Shown here: positions 1 to 9,024 of the stretch, piece by piece
How the letters are laid out: each line of letters opens with the position of its first letter
Position numbering within the stretch: the first letter of the stretch is position 1
DNA from: a virus
Lineage: Duplodnaviria > Caudoviricetes
IMG/VR virus record: IMGVR_UViG_3300018412_000050
Location: 1-24,138 of that record
Reading direction: 5' to 3' (one strand)
Length of the DNA stretch: 24,138 nucleotides
The notes under the pieces: model-generated
The model's input: the letters and a program-made list of their open reading frames with translations, nothing else
What the model was told of the DNA's origin: nothing
The model's database searches: none
Made by a program: the position numbers and the translations under genes

Positions 1-2482
1 AAACATATAATTGCAAAGCTGCTTCATAGCCAGACCATACATCATTACGTATTCCGTATGAATTATCAATCGAGTCGATTAAAGAGTTGTACACATTCCA
101 ACATCCCGTATTCAGAAACTTACTGCCATTTCTAATATAGTTTCGCCCACCAATCTGCACGCCATTTACAGCTTGCTGTCCCGCTTGACTACTTGCCTGT
201 AAAACTATTCCGTCGGCCTTTAAATTGATGCTTGCCTCTGCATTTTCTGCACGTCCGGCAGCGCTCTCAGCACGAACTGCTTTAAGCTCTATTGCCTGTG
301 CTGTTTGGTTAATGCTTGTCTCTTTCGATGTGACAGTAGTTAATATATTAGATGCCTGATTAGCACTATTAGCCGCATTTGTAGCTGAGGTGGAAGCCTC
401 GCCCGCCTTAGTGGTAGCCGTGTTCGCTGCATTTGTGGCCGTTGCGACCTTAGTTGTTACTTCGCTCACCTGCAAAGTAATGTTGCTGGCTGTCTGATTA
501 ATACTACTCTCTTTAGTCGTAACCTGCGATAAGATCGTAGCTGCATCATCCGCTCCATCTTGTGCGGCTGTAGCACTGCCGGCAGCATCGGCAGCCTTTT
601 GTCCGGCTGTTGTAGCACTGCCCGCTGCAGCAGTAGCAGAGTTTGAAGCTGCGGTTGCTTTGGTTGTGGCAGTAGAAGCAGAGCCAGCCGCTTCGCTTGC
701 CTTAGCACCAGCTGTAGATGCAGAACCCGAGGCAGACGTTGCATAGCCGGATGCTTGTGTGGCTGCCGTGGTCGCCTGTGTAACCTTGCTGCTTATTTGC
801 CCCTCGCGAATCTCAAAGTTTGTTTCTATCGTGGTAATCTTACCATCGGTATAAGCATTCGATTCAGATTGAGCATCCGATATAGCATCTTCAACTAATT
901 TGCCGGAAGATTTGAGACGAAACACTCCCTTCAGGTAAGCGTTCATACCAATTAAGCCGCTCCCGGACAGTACGCCAAAATCAGGATCAGTTATACCCGA
1001 CAAGTTACCTGTACGATTAATAAGTTTACCAGCCAAAGAGTAAGAGTTAATCCCTGCATAATCATCCCTGTAAGGAGCATCAACACCTACAGCACAATCA
1101 ATCTGTGCGCTTTGACGGTCTGTGTTGGTACGATTACCCAATACGGCCACATTGTCACCAACTTCGGGGTTTGCGCTTCCGGCCTCACAATCTGTTTTAC
1201 TCAGATTGAAATACCCCGCTCCGGCAGAAGTAACCTTGCGCCAATAACGTTTAATGCTGGTACCCGTAAAGGTCTGGCATAATACTTGATCATCAAGAAG
1301 AAAATCATCGGTAGAATCATGCTCGCATTTCCAATAAGTACCACCATCGGTAACCTTGACTAGTTTACCACCGGCAGCCGAACGAATTACCTGACCGCCC
1401 TGATGAATCACCTTTTGAACCACAAGTTCAAATACGGTAAATATCTTACGAACCGTCAGTTTATCAAACTCACCGCACCAATCTCCGTTTGCATCCTTCC
1501 ATATTTTAAAACCACTGCCTAAAAAGCCGGAAACAAAGGATTCGGAAGTTAAATACTCCCGAATGATCCCATGCATAATATCGGCCGTATTATCTACAGT
1601 CAGGTTATAAGTCTTTGCAAGTGCTTGCACTACTAAATCAAGCGTAGTAGCCTTATTCGATACCTCTAAATCTGTAATTTGAGCGAGGAACTTAATAACT
1701 AAATTCTGAAATTCCGCACCCGCGCTAGTTATGACACTCCATTTGTTTGCAGTACCTTTTTCGTAGATTACAAAGCCGTTTTCATCCATCGCAAAGGCTA
1801 AAGTACCATCTAAATATGCAGAGTATAAAGCCGCTCCGGAAGGTAACCTAATACCTCCTTTTGCCTCAATGAGTCCTTTTGAAATCAGACCTTCAATGAA
1901 AGTAATAACCTTAGCGGCCGTGTCTGGTTGGTCTTTACGGAGAAACATTTCAGCAATAGCTTCATTATTTTCCGATAACTCCTTTAACAATCTAAGCATA
2001 GACGGGATATTAGAGTTTGATGGAACATCTGTATCATAGTCAGTAACTATGTCTACGTTTCCACCTCCTTGAACTTCTCCAAGTCCATCAATATCATCTA
2101 CATTATGCCTATGTGACTTAGGAGCATAATTATGCACATGCCCAATCTTAGAATACGTTAAATCGTGATCGTGATCTTTAGCAGCAAACGGATCACTATT
2201 TATTACGATGTTATCAACCTCTAAAGAATTGTACTTAGCCGTATTCCCTAATGTATGCTCTCCTACAGTTAAGTCTTTAGTTACGGTTAAATCTCCGTTT
2301 ATTGTTTGTGTCGGATCGGTAGATACCGCAGCATCGGGATTGCCCCATACATTCCTATACTCATTCCAATATATCTGTTCCCCAGCTATATAAACGTAAT
2401 CACCGGGGCAACCACCGTACGGGAGGAGCTTCCATACTTCCTCGAGTGTATTATATGAACCTAGGTTATGTAGATCAGCCAT
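1..2482 (-). CDS. Tail fibre / receptor-binding structural protein, >=827 aa, 3' end beyond the window (absent from the supplied ORF track)
   Basis: Hand translation from ATG at 2482 (overlapping the upstream stop) is open to base 1: MADLHNLGSYNTLEEVW... It contains HxH motifs (DHDHD, GHVH, SHRH), FLRKDQPDTAAKVITFIEGL, FVSGFLGSGFKIW..GEFDKLTVRK..ELVVQKV.HQGG and LGNRTNTDRQSA, which are motifs typical of Bacteroidota phage tail proteins. An Ala/Thr/Ser coiled-coil stretch follows, then QIGGRNYIRN. Confidence 0.85.
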   Translation of the reverse strand, partial: MADLHNLGSYNTLEEVWKLLPYGGCPGDYVYIAGEQIYWNEYRNVWGNPDAAVSTDPTQTINGDLTVTKDLTVGEHTLGNTAKYNSLEVDNIVINSDPFAAKDHDHDLTYSKIGHVHNYAPKSHRHNVDDIDGLGEVQGGGNVDIVTDYDTDVPSNSNIPSMLRLLKELSENNEAIAEMFLRKDQPDTAAKVITFIEGLISKGLIEAKGGIRLPSGAALYSAYLDGTLAFAMDENGFVIYEKGTANKWSVITSAGAEFQNLVIKFLAQITDLEVSNKATTLDLVVQALAKTYNLTVDNTADIMHGIIREYLTSESFVSGFLGSGFKIWKDANGDWCGEFDKLTVRKIFTVFELVVQKVIHQGGQVIRSAAGGKLVKVTDGGTYWKCEHDSTDDFLLDDQVLCQTFTGTSIKRYWRKVTSAGAGYFNLSKTDCEAGSANPEVGDNVAVLGNRTNTDRQSAQIDCAVGVDAPYRDDYAGINSYSLAGKLINRTGNLSGITDPDFGVLSGSGLIGMNAYLKGVFRLKSSGKLVEDAISDAQSESNAYTDGKITTIETNFEIREGQISSKVTQATTAATQASGYATSASGSASTAGAKASEAAGSASTATTKATAASNSATAAAGSATTAGQKAADAAGSATAAQDGADDAATILSQVTTKESSINQTASNITLQVSEVTTKVATATNAANTATTKAGEASTSATNAANSANQASNILTTVTSKETSINQTAQAIELKAVRAESAAGRAENAEASINLKADGIVLQASSQAGQQAVNGVQIGGRNYIRNGSKFLNTGCWNVYNSLIDSIDNSYGIRNDVWSGYEAALQLYV

Positions 2483-3110
2483 TTATATAGCTTTTAGCGA
2501 TTTGAAACAACCGGTCTGAATGAGCATCTTTGAATGTGTTCAATACCAATCCGGCAATATAATAGATTGATGGAGTGTATAATTTATCCCCTATAAATAC
2601 GCTATTATCCACTATCTTTGGATAAGATACGTACCTTGCTACCTTAACAATAACTGTCGATCCCTCAACTGACGAATAGAACTCCATCCTTTTCCCTGTA
2701 GACGAGGTTGTAATAGCACAAACGGGCTTATCAATGTTTCCTCTGATTCCGGGGAACTTAGATTTTTGCAGGAAGTACTTTGAATCTGTATCTTCGATAG
2801 GCTCTAACACAGGTCGTTTCCAATCAGACATCTGAAAGATAGCCAACCGCATAAAATCAGACGGCAATTCTGTATAAGCCATCCCGACACCCGTCTGTCC
2901 GCTTTCCCACACCAACTGTGAAGCAAATGATTTATCTCCGTCAACCATGCTAGACGGAGCCGCCTCCGTGACAGTGCGCACTCCGTCAGGTATCTTTTGC
3001 GTGATTATAGTGTCAAGAGATAAAGCCCCGTCATCTATAATCAAGTTTTGGCTATCTTCGTCCAAACACACTCTCACGGCAGTTATTATATCTTGTACAC
3101 TGTAATCCAT
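2475..3110 (-). CDS. Putative head-tail adaptor/connector protein
   Basis: 211 aa; lies between the capsid and tail genes; helical N-terminus and YTELPSDFMRL (LPxDF) motif typical of adaptor proteins. Confidence 0.6.
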   Translation of the reverse strand: MDYSVQDIITAVRVCLDEDSQNLIIDDGALSLDTIITQKIPDGVRTVTEAAPSSMVDGDKSFASQLVWESGQTGVGMAYTELPSDFMRLAIFQMSDWKRPVLEPIEDTDSKYFLQKSKFPGIRGNIDKPVCAITTSSTGKRMEFYSSVEGSTVIVKVARYVSYPKIVDNSVFIGDKLYTPSIYYIAGLVLNTFKDAHSDRLFQIAKSYING

Positions 3111-3460
3111 TACTCTATGATTAAATTAAAACCAATTCCTTTTAACGCCTCGGTGATAGAAGCTTTTGACTTCTTCACTTCAAGCCCTTTCTCTTTTGCG
3201 AATAAGGCAGCATCAGCAAGGTTGCTGAACTTCACATCTTCAAGAGTAGGATGTGTTTCTGTTTTCACTTCCTTTACAACCGATTCCTCTACTGTGTAAT
3301 CAATACCATAAACAGAGCGGGCTTTCAGTGCATCAATAACATTAGGATTGTTAGTCTCATAGTAAGAACCTCCTCGTGTTAAGGGGATGAATTGAACATG
3401 TAAGCACTTCCCATTAATCATTAAATGGAACGATATATTTTTTTTAGATATAAATTTCAT
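3110..3460 (-). CDS. Small hypothetical virion/head-associated protein
   Basis: 116 aa ORF directly downstream of the MCP, stop overlapping the next start; function inferred from position only. Confidence 0.55.
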   Translation of the reverse strand: MKFISKKNISFHLMINGKCLHVQFIPLTRGGSYYETNNPNVIDALKARSVYGIDYTVEESVVKEVKTETHPTLEDVKFSNLADAALFAKEKGLEVKKSKASITEALKGIGFNLIIE

Positions 3461-3473
3461 GGCTTTTTAAATT

Positions 3474-3508
3474 AAAAGCCCTCCCTCTTGTAACCAGGGG
3501 AGGGCTTT
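3474..3508 (-). terminator. Rho-independent terminator after the major capsid gene
   Basis: 11-bp inverted repeat aaagccctccc (3475-3485) / gggagggcttt (3498-3508), followed by a U-tract on the minus strand. Confidence 0.75.
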
Positions 3509-3529
3509 ACAGTTAAACTTATGAGTGAA

Positions 3530-4921
3530 TTATGCAGACGCCAACTTAATACGTGCGTGAGCCTTAGGATAACGGAGATACAAACATGCAACCTCCTGCA
3601 GAACAACGGCATCAGTGTTTCTAACACCCGCTTTCTTCAATTCAAGAACTGATCTGGTCCATGAGATAAATGTTCTCTTAGTCAAGAAGCTAGGATCCAT
3701 AATTAAACCCTGATCAGACATTCCATTCTGGTCAAACAGTTCATGGTGCATAACAAGTACTTCACCGAAATCGGTATCAAATGATTTGAATTTCAGGTTC
3801 CAAACCTCTACAGATTCTTTTAGTTTGAATCTTTCAGACTTAATTTTAGAGAATACGGCCATCAAGTCAGAACCGAACAATCCCACTTTTCTCTTATTGC
3901 CTACACCGCTACCAACAAATAAGTCCTTAGCAATATCTACCAATTGATCATCGGTCATAGTAGTAGCTCCACTTGTTGCATCGTACGTACCTGCGGTAAT
4001 ATCCTTACCTGCCATCCACCAGATACCTCCTGTGAAGTAAACAGGCTGATTAGACTTTTTAGGGTTGGTGATCTTACCTTTTGCTCCGAATAAGAACGAG
4101 TTCTCCTGAACTAAACGCATATCGTAGATAGCATCTTCTTCCAAGTCTGAGAAGCTCCAGTTAACTTCCTTAACGGCAATCTTATTAAACGTAGACTCTT
4201 CAACCTGAATCATGAAGTTCTGGCAATACTGTGTCTCGGGAGTAGGAACATTAGAGAATACAGCCGCTTGAGCATCAATCTCAGCGCACGCTTTACCCAT
4301 ACGAACCAATACAGTACCCGCCGGAATATCCGGTAACCAAGTAGGTTCACCATTAGTCGCTGTCAATCCATTAACCGCTCTAACAGTAGGTAATCCGCTT
4401 GTATCTGATAATCCGACAACGTGAAGAACCAAATCTTCATCGGCATTTGTTGCGCCTCCATCAACCTTACCTTTAACTCCTACCACGCGGATAGTATCGT
4501 CAACGTCAAACATGCTCTCATCGTTAACGCCTAGTTCATAAGTTGTTCCAGATGATTGAGCAGCAGCTATTGCCGTCTTTAAAGTAGTCTTAATGGGTTT
4601 AGAACTAACAGTGTAATACTTTACCTCAAACGACTTCGATTCCATAGCTTTAGCGTACCTTGAAATCTGGTCAACCGGAGTAGACATAGGACGAATCTTG
4701 GTGATACGCTGATCTATTTCCGATAAATATAACCCATCTACAGCCGACCTGCCTATCGCCTCGGTTAATCCTGACTTAACGGTCACACCTCCATCGGGAA
4801 GTGGCGTAACATCAGCATCGGGAACAATGCCCTCCGCCATCAAAACGTTACCTGCCGCTCCTGTAGCAAATGCCAAAACGACAAGCAATAAATTCACTAA
4901 CAATAATAAACTTTTCTTCAT
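3530..4921 (-). CDS. Major capsid protein (DUF5309/SU10-like, HK97 fold) with an N-terminal hydrophobic signal/TM-like extension
   Basis: 463 aa; follows the scaffold gene and precedes a strong terminator. Motifs RPMSTPVDQISR, YCQNFMIQVEEST, DMRLVQENSFLFG and YFTGGI resemble DUF5309-type capsids. N-terminus is MKKSLLLLVNLLLVVLAFA. Confidence 0.8.
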   Translation of the reverse strand: MKKSLLLLVNLLLVVLAFATGAAGNVLMAEGIVPDADVTPLPDGGVTVKSGLTEAIGRSAVDGLYLSEIDQRITKIRPMSTPVDQISRYAKAMESKSFEVKYYTVSSKPIKTTLKTAIAAAQSSGTTYELGVNDESMFDVDDTIRVVGVKGKVDGGATNADEDLVLHVVGLSDTSGLPTVRAVNGLTATNGEPTWLPDIPAGTVLVRMGKACAEIDAQAAVFSNVPTPETQYCQNFMIQVEESTFNKIAVKEVNWSFSDLEEDAIYDMRLVQENSFLFGAKGKITNPKKSNQPVYFTGGIWWMAGKDITAGTYDATSGATTMTDDQLVDIAKDLFVGSGVGNKRKVGLFGSDLMAVFSKIKSERFKLKESVEVWNLKFKSFDTDFGEVLVMHHELFDQNGMSDQGLIMDPSFLTKRTFISWTRSVLELKKAGVRNTDAVVLQEVACLYLRYPKAHARIKLASA

Positions 4922-4937
4922 AACACATTAATTAAAA

Positions 4938-5717
4938 TTATTTTCTCTTTATTCTTCTCTCTGATCCCTTATTCCAAATATCATCTGCGTTTGAGACCCT
5001 ATCTAATGCTCCGAAATTTGGAGTGGGTGCCGGCTTACCTGAATTACCTGCAATCATAGGAGGAAGATCGGGATTAGTCTTTTTCAGCTTTTCCTCAATC
5101 TTAGCGTTTCTTCCTTTAATCTCTGCCTCAAGAGCGGCATCTTCTACCGCCTGATCAAAACTCAAAGCTTTAAACGCCATCTCCCAAGTCGAACGTTCAA
5201 TCCTATTCACGATACCATTATCTATGATACCGGCAATAAATTCAAATGCTTGCTGAACCTGATCGTCACTAAGACCTTTTTCTTCTTGCAGTTTATCAAG
5301 TTCTTCAAGTGAATCAGCTAGATTCTTTTCTGCCTCCGCTTGCAGTTTTTCGTTGTTAGCCTGTTTTTCAAGATACTCCGAACGAGCCTCTGCCACCTTT
5401 TCCATGTTTTCAGGATCATTCATTGCATCCATGAAATCTGGACCGAACATTTTCACGAGTTGAACGACAGGATTTTCACCGGCTTTCCACGCCATTAAGA
5501 AAGCGGCCGAACGAGGATCAGAGGAAAACATCTTAGATAATCCCTCTTCATTCTTTTTGTATTCAGACATTTTATTGTCGTAATTGTCGTAATCATCGTA
5601 AATTTTTCCATACAAAGCATCTTCTTCATCAAAATTATCCTCAGGATACTTAGTCCTAAGCCTTTCGAGAAGCAAGTCTCTTTTCGTCTTAACTACTTGA
5701 TTATCAGCCTTTTCCAT
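4938..5717 (-). CDS. Putative capsid scaffolding protein
   Basis: 259 aa, acidic, helical/coiled-coil, with a Pro-rich linker and basic C-terminus; immediately upstream of the MCP. Confidence 0.7.
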   Translation of the reverse strand: MEKADNQVVKTKRDLLLERLRTKYPEDNFDEEDALYGKIYDDYDNYDNKMSEYKKNEEGLSKMFSSDPRSAAFLMAWKAGENPVVQLVKMFGPDFMDAMNDPENMEKVAEARSEYLEKQANNEKLQAEAEKNLADSLEELDKLQEEKGLSDDQVQQAFEFIAGIIDNGIVNRIERSTWEMAFKALSFDQAVEDAALEAEIKGRNAKIEEKLKKTNPDLPPMIAGNSGKPAPTPNFGALDRVSNADDIWNKGSERRIKRK

Positions 5718-5759
5718 ACATTTTATTTATTTGATATTACTTTTCATTTATGATACGAA

Positions 5760-5802
5760 CAAATGTAAAGTTCTTCTTTCGATTCATGTTTGTATGTATT
5801 AA
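5760..5802 (-). promoter_or_regulatory. Putative phage late promoter for the scaffold-capsid-tail block
   Basis: Minus strand TTAATACATA-N23-TTTACATTTG; TACATTTG fits the Bacteroidota -7 box TAnnTTTG. The same boxes and spacing recur at 21426-21468. Confidence 0.7.
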
Positions 5803-5820
5803 CTGTTATAAGTAAATTTG
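5789..5820 (+). promoter_or_regulatory. Bacteroidota sigma-A-type promoter for the regulator-rhomboid-terminase block
   Basis: TTTG (5789-5792), 20-nt spacer, TAAATTTG (5813-5820), just upstream of ATG 5826. Confidence 0.65.
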
Positions 5821-5825
5821 TTAGC

Positions 5826-6248
5826 ATGGGATACAGAAATACTGAATTTGAATACCGTTATCAAAGGGATACCGAGCTAATCAAAGCATATAATACTGTG
5901 CTTTCAGATATAAGACCTCCCTTTAACATGTGCGATGTTTTAGCACGTGCGGTTAAACTTCCCTGTTCGCGTTTCTGGGTTTCTGAGACTAGAGCAAAAA
6001 CAGTAATAGCCAAAATGAAACATGGTTACGATCTTTTAGATATGAAACCGAACAAAAGGAAGATGTTTGAGGAGATATACAGACGAGTGGTAGAACTGGA
6101 AAAACTTGGACCCGTAGAAATTGGAGATGTTCTTGAATCAGGAGCACCCGAATTTTATCTCACAACAGAATCGGCAAAAGTTATTATCCATTATGCGAAA
6201 AAAAGATGGTTAGAAAAAAAATTAAAGCAGCTTCGACACTATTGGTAG
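5826..6248 (+). CDS. Hypothetical basic DNA-binding protein, possible Mor-like late transcription activator
   Basis: Start is probably ATG 5826, because the track's TTG 5790 lies inside the promoter. C-terminal APEFYLTTESAKVIIH and internal SRFWVSETRAKTVI look like HTH-type segments. Function is inference. Confidence 0.45.
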   Translation: MGYRNTEFEYRYQRDTELIKAYNTVLSDIRPPFNMCDVLARAVKLPCSRFWVSETRAKTVIAKMKHGYDLLDMKPNKRKMFEEIYRRVVELEKLGPVEIGDVLESGAPEFYLTTESAKVIIHYAKKRWLEKKLKQLRHYW

Positions 6249-6661
6249 GGTATTTCATCCCATTTAGTATTTCACCTTACATGCATTTATACTACATGTT
6301 CATGCATGCTTCACTTATTCATCTTTTGATTAACATGTACGCTATATTTCTCTGCACAAAAGAGCGTACTAATCTAGTACACGTTTACGTATTAGGAGTG
6401 ATAGCTTCGTTATTATCCCAATCAGACAATCCAACAGTAGGAGCTTCTGGTATTGTATATATCATGCTTGGGATGAATGTGTTCGGAGCATGGAGACCGT
6501 TTTTAATAGGAGCTGCATTTACTTTGTTTTCGTGCTTTATGCCCGGAGTTAATTATAAGATTCACATCATATCATTCATTTTCGGGCTAATATATTCAGC
6601 CATAGAAAGAGAATATAAATCATACAATGAAAAGAGAGAGTATATTAAAGGAAAACGATAA
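6206..6661 (+). CDS. Rhomboid-family intramembrane serine protease (minimal)
   Basis: 151 aa, multiple hydrophobic helices; FMHASLIHLLINM (HxxxxHxxxN), catalytic GASG (S81, 6440-6451) and downstream His (H120, KIHIISFIFG). Confidence 0.85.
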   Translation: MVRKKIKAASTLLVGYFIPFSISPYMHLYYMFMHASLIHLLINMYAIFLCTKERTNLVHVYVLGVIASLLSQSDNPTVGASGIVYIMLGMNVFGAWRPFLIGAAFTLFSCFMPGVNYKIHIISFIFGLIYSAIEREYKSYNEKREYIKGKR

Positions 6662-8693
6662 CAGGAACAAAGAGATTAACGCTCCATTTGATCCCCTTAC
6701 CGGAGAAGGTGCTATCCTAGATAGATTCACCCTCTACATTCCTGATTTTTATATTCCCAAGCAGTATATACCGGTACAGATGAAGAATGTACCTTTAATC
6801 AAAAAACTAATCAAACACAAAACAATAAAGGATTTCATCATCAGCGAATTTGGGTATTACGATGAAGACAATAAACTTGAAGTAGAAAAAGGCATCATAA
6901 AAGCAAGGGTAAAACATGATTTTTGCTTTTGGGCTTTTTTTGCAGCAAAGATAAAAAATAAAAAAGGAGGTAAGAACATTCCATTCAAACTAAACAAACC
7001 ACAGATAAAGCTTCTCAATATATTAGAAGGAATGAGGCTAGATGGTAAGCCTATAAGAATTATACTCCTTAAGGCCAGACAGTGGGGAGGATCAACTCTC
7101 ATTCAGTTATACATAGCATGGATTCAATTGGTGCATAAAGAAGGATTCTACTCGGCTATTATCGCTCAAGATTCAGGCACATCACGTAAGATCAGAGCGA
7201 TGTACACTAAGATGCTTAGGGATTACCCTCCATTCTTACTTAATGGTACGGATAACAGTCCACTAGAACTAAAACCATACGAAGGTTCTCATAACGATAC
7301 CATTGTCACCCAAAAGGGAAAGATAATAAGAGACACTGTTATATGTATCGGAACGGCCGAGCGTCCTGACTCTATCCGAGGAGGTGATATATCTGAATCT
7401 CACATGTCGGAAGTGGCATTCTGGAAAGCAACAGACGGGAAGACACCGGAAGATATTATACGGTCCATATCATCATCTATCTTACTTGAAGAATTGACAC
7501 TTGATGCAATAGAGTCAACACCCAATGGAACGGGTAACTTTTTCCATAAAGAATGGTTGGCTGCTAAAAATGGAGAATCAGAAAGAGAGCCCGTATTTGT
7601 TGCGTGGTATGAAATTCCGATGTACTCTAAACCTTTCAAGACGAAAGAAGAAAAAGAAGCTTTTGCTGATTGGATTATAGACAATAGGAACAGCACCTAC
7701 TCAACAGATAGGAGTGAGCCGGGAACATATTATTGGTACCTATGGAATTTAGGAGCTACACTTGAGGCTATTAACTGGTATATCGTTAAGAGAAAAGGGT
7801 ATAACTCCCATGCCGATATGGCTGCCGAGTTCCCTAGTGACGATATAGAGGCGTTCAAGCACTCAGGTAAAATGGTATTTGACAGAGTTAAGCTTGAGGA
7901 ACTTAGAAAGTCAACTAGGAAACCTCAATACATAGGAGATGTTATTGCAGACGGATTCGAAGGAAGAGATGCCCTTAAAAACGTAAGATTCACTCAAGAT
8001 ACGCAAGGATGTTTATCTGTATACGCTCTTCCGGAAGAGGATATTAAAAACAGATACGCTGTCATTGTAGACGTGGGAGGACGGTCAAAGGGAGCTGACT
8101 TTTCAGATATACTAGTAATAGACAGGTACTGGATGATGGAAGGTGATAAACCCGAAGTGGTAGCTGAATGGCATGGCCATATAGATCACGACTTATTAGC
8201 GTGGAAAGCTGCCCAGATAGCAACCTTATACCACAATGCGCTCTTAGTCATTGAATCCAACACACTAGAAACAAAAGACAAAGAACGCGATACAGACGGA
8301 AATCATACCGAATTTATACTTAACCAAATAGGGAATGTGTATGAGAACCTATACGCTAGGAAACAGTCCGAAGAAGATATAATAGCCGGTGTGCCTAGAA
8401 AGTATGGATTCCATACCAATACAGCCACCAAACCTATGATTATAGACCATTTAATTAAGATGGTAAGGCTACAGGCATGGGTAGAGCGTAGCAGCGAGGC
8501 GATAGACGAATTTGTAGTTTACGAGAAGAAACAAAACGGGTCCTTTGGAGCAATACCAGGAGAACATGATGATAGATTGATGACAAGAGCTATCGGACTG
8601 TTTATCGTTTATTGCGAAATGGAGCTTCCGAAGAGAATAGAAAAGATTAATAAACCACGCGCAAGCCGGCCGGCAAGTGCGGCAACAATTTGA
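6627..8693 (+). CDS. terL: Terminase large subunit
   Basis: Walker A LLKARQWGGST, Walker B HMSEVAFW, coupling motif ESTPNG, and nuclease motifs IVDVGG..ADFS, IESN and HDDRLMTRAIG. Confidence 0.93.
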   Translation: MKRESILKENDNRNKEINAPFDPLTGEGAILDRFTLYIPDFYIPKQYIPVQMKNVPLIKKLIKHKTIKDFIISEFGYYDEDNKLEVEKGIIKARVKHDFCFWAFFAAKIKNKKGGKNIPFKLNKPQIKLLNILEGMRLDGKPIRIILLKARQWGGSTLIQLYIAWIQLVHKEGFYSAIIAQDSGTSRKIRAMYTKMLRDYPPFLLNGTDNSPLELKPYEGSHNDTIVTQKGKIIRDTVICIGTAERPDSIRGGDISESHMSEVAFWKATDGKTPEDIIRSISSSILLEELTLDAIESTPNGTGNFFHKEWLAAKNGESEREPVFVAWYEIPMYSKPFKTKEEKEAFADWIIDNRNSTYSTDRSEPGTYYWYLWNLGATLEAINWYIVKRKGYNSHADMAAEFPSDDIEAFKHSGKMVFDRVKLEELRKSTRKPQYIGDVIADGFEGRDALKNVRFTQDTQGCLSVYALPEEDIKNRYAVIVDVGGRSKGADFSDILVIDRYWMMEGDKPEVVAEWHGHIDHDLLAWKAAQIATLYHNALLVIESNTLETKDKERDTDGNHTEFILNQIGNVYENLYARKQSEEDIIAGVPRKYGFHTNTATKPMIIDHLIKMVRLQAWVERSSEAIDEFVVYEKKQNGSFGAIPGEHDDRLMTRAIGLFIVYCEMELPKRIEKINKPRASRPASAATI

Positions 8694-8695
8694 GT

Positions 8696-9010
8696 ATGAA
8701 ATACATTAGAATGAAAATTGCAGAATTGCAGTTATGGTACGCGAAACGAAAAGCAGATGAACTTCATGAAAAGTACAAAGAGCGTTTTTTTGTGGTACCT
8801 GACGAAAAAGACAAGTTGATTATAATCAACCGAAAAAGTTTCAGAGGTTATAAACGAAGAGGACAAATCAATAAAGAAGTGCGCATGTTTGACATCATCA
8901 GGGAGTGCTTCTACATGACACCGACAAGGGATAATATTCCCGTTGACGATCATGTTATAAAAAGAAAGAAACTCATGTGGCTTGAGTATAAATCAAAAGG
9001 GAAGCGTTAA
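8696..9010 (+). CDS. Small basic hypothetical protein
   Basis: Lys/Arg-rich ORF right after terL; ATG 8696 is preferred over TTG 8690. Confidence 0.6.
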   Translation: MKYIRMKIAELQLWYAKRKADELHEKYKERFFVVPDEKDKLIIINRKSFRGYKRRGQINKEVRMFDIIRECFYMTPTRDNIPVDDHVIKRKKLMWLEYKSKGKR

Positions 9011-9024
9011 GCTCCCCTTTTTTT
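8995..9024. terminator. Bidirectional terminator between the convergent terminase and portal blocks
   Basis: aaaagggaagc-gttaa-gctcccctttt hairpin flanked by A- and T-tracts. Confidence 0.6.

Noticed and set aside
466-744. 92 aa minus-strand ORF in the track
   Set aside because: Out-of-frame shadow of the Ala/Thr-rich part of the long tail-fibre ORF (1-2482).
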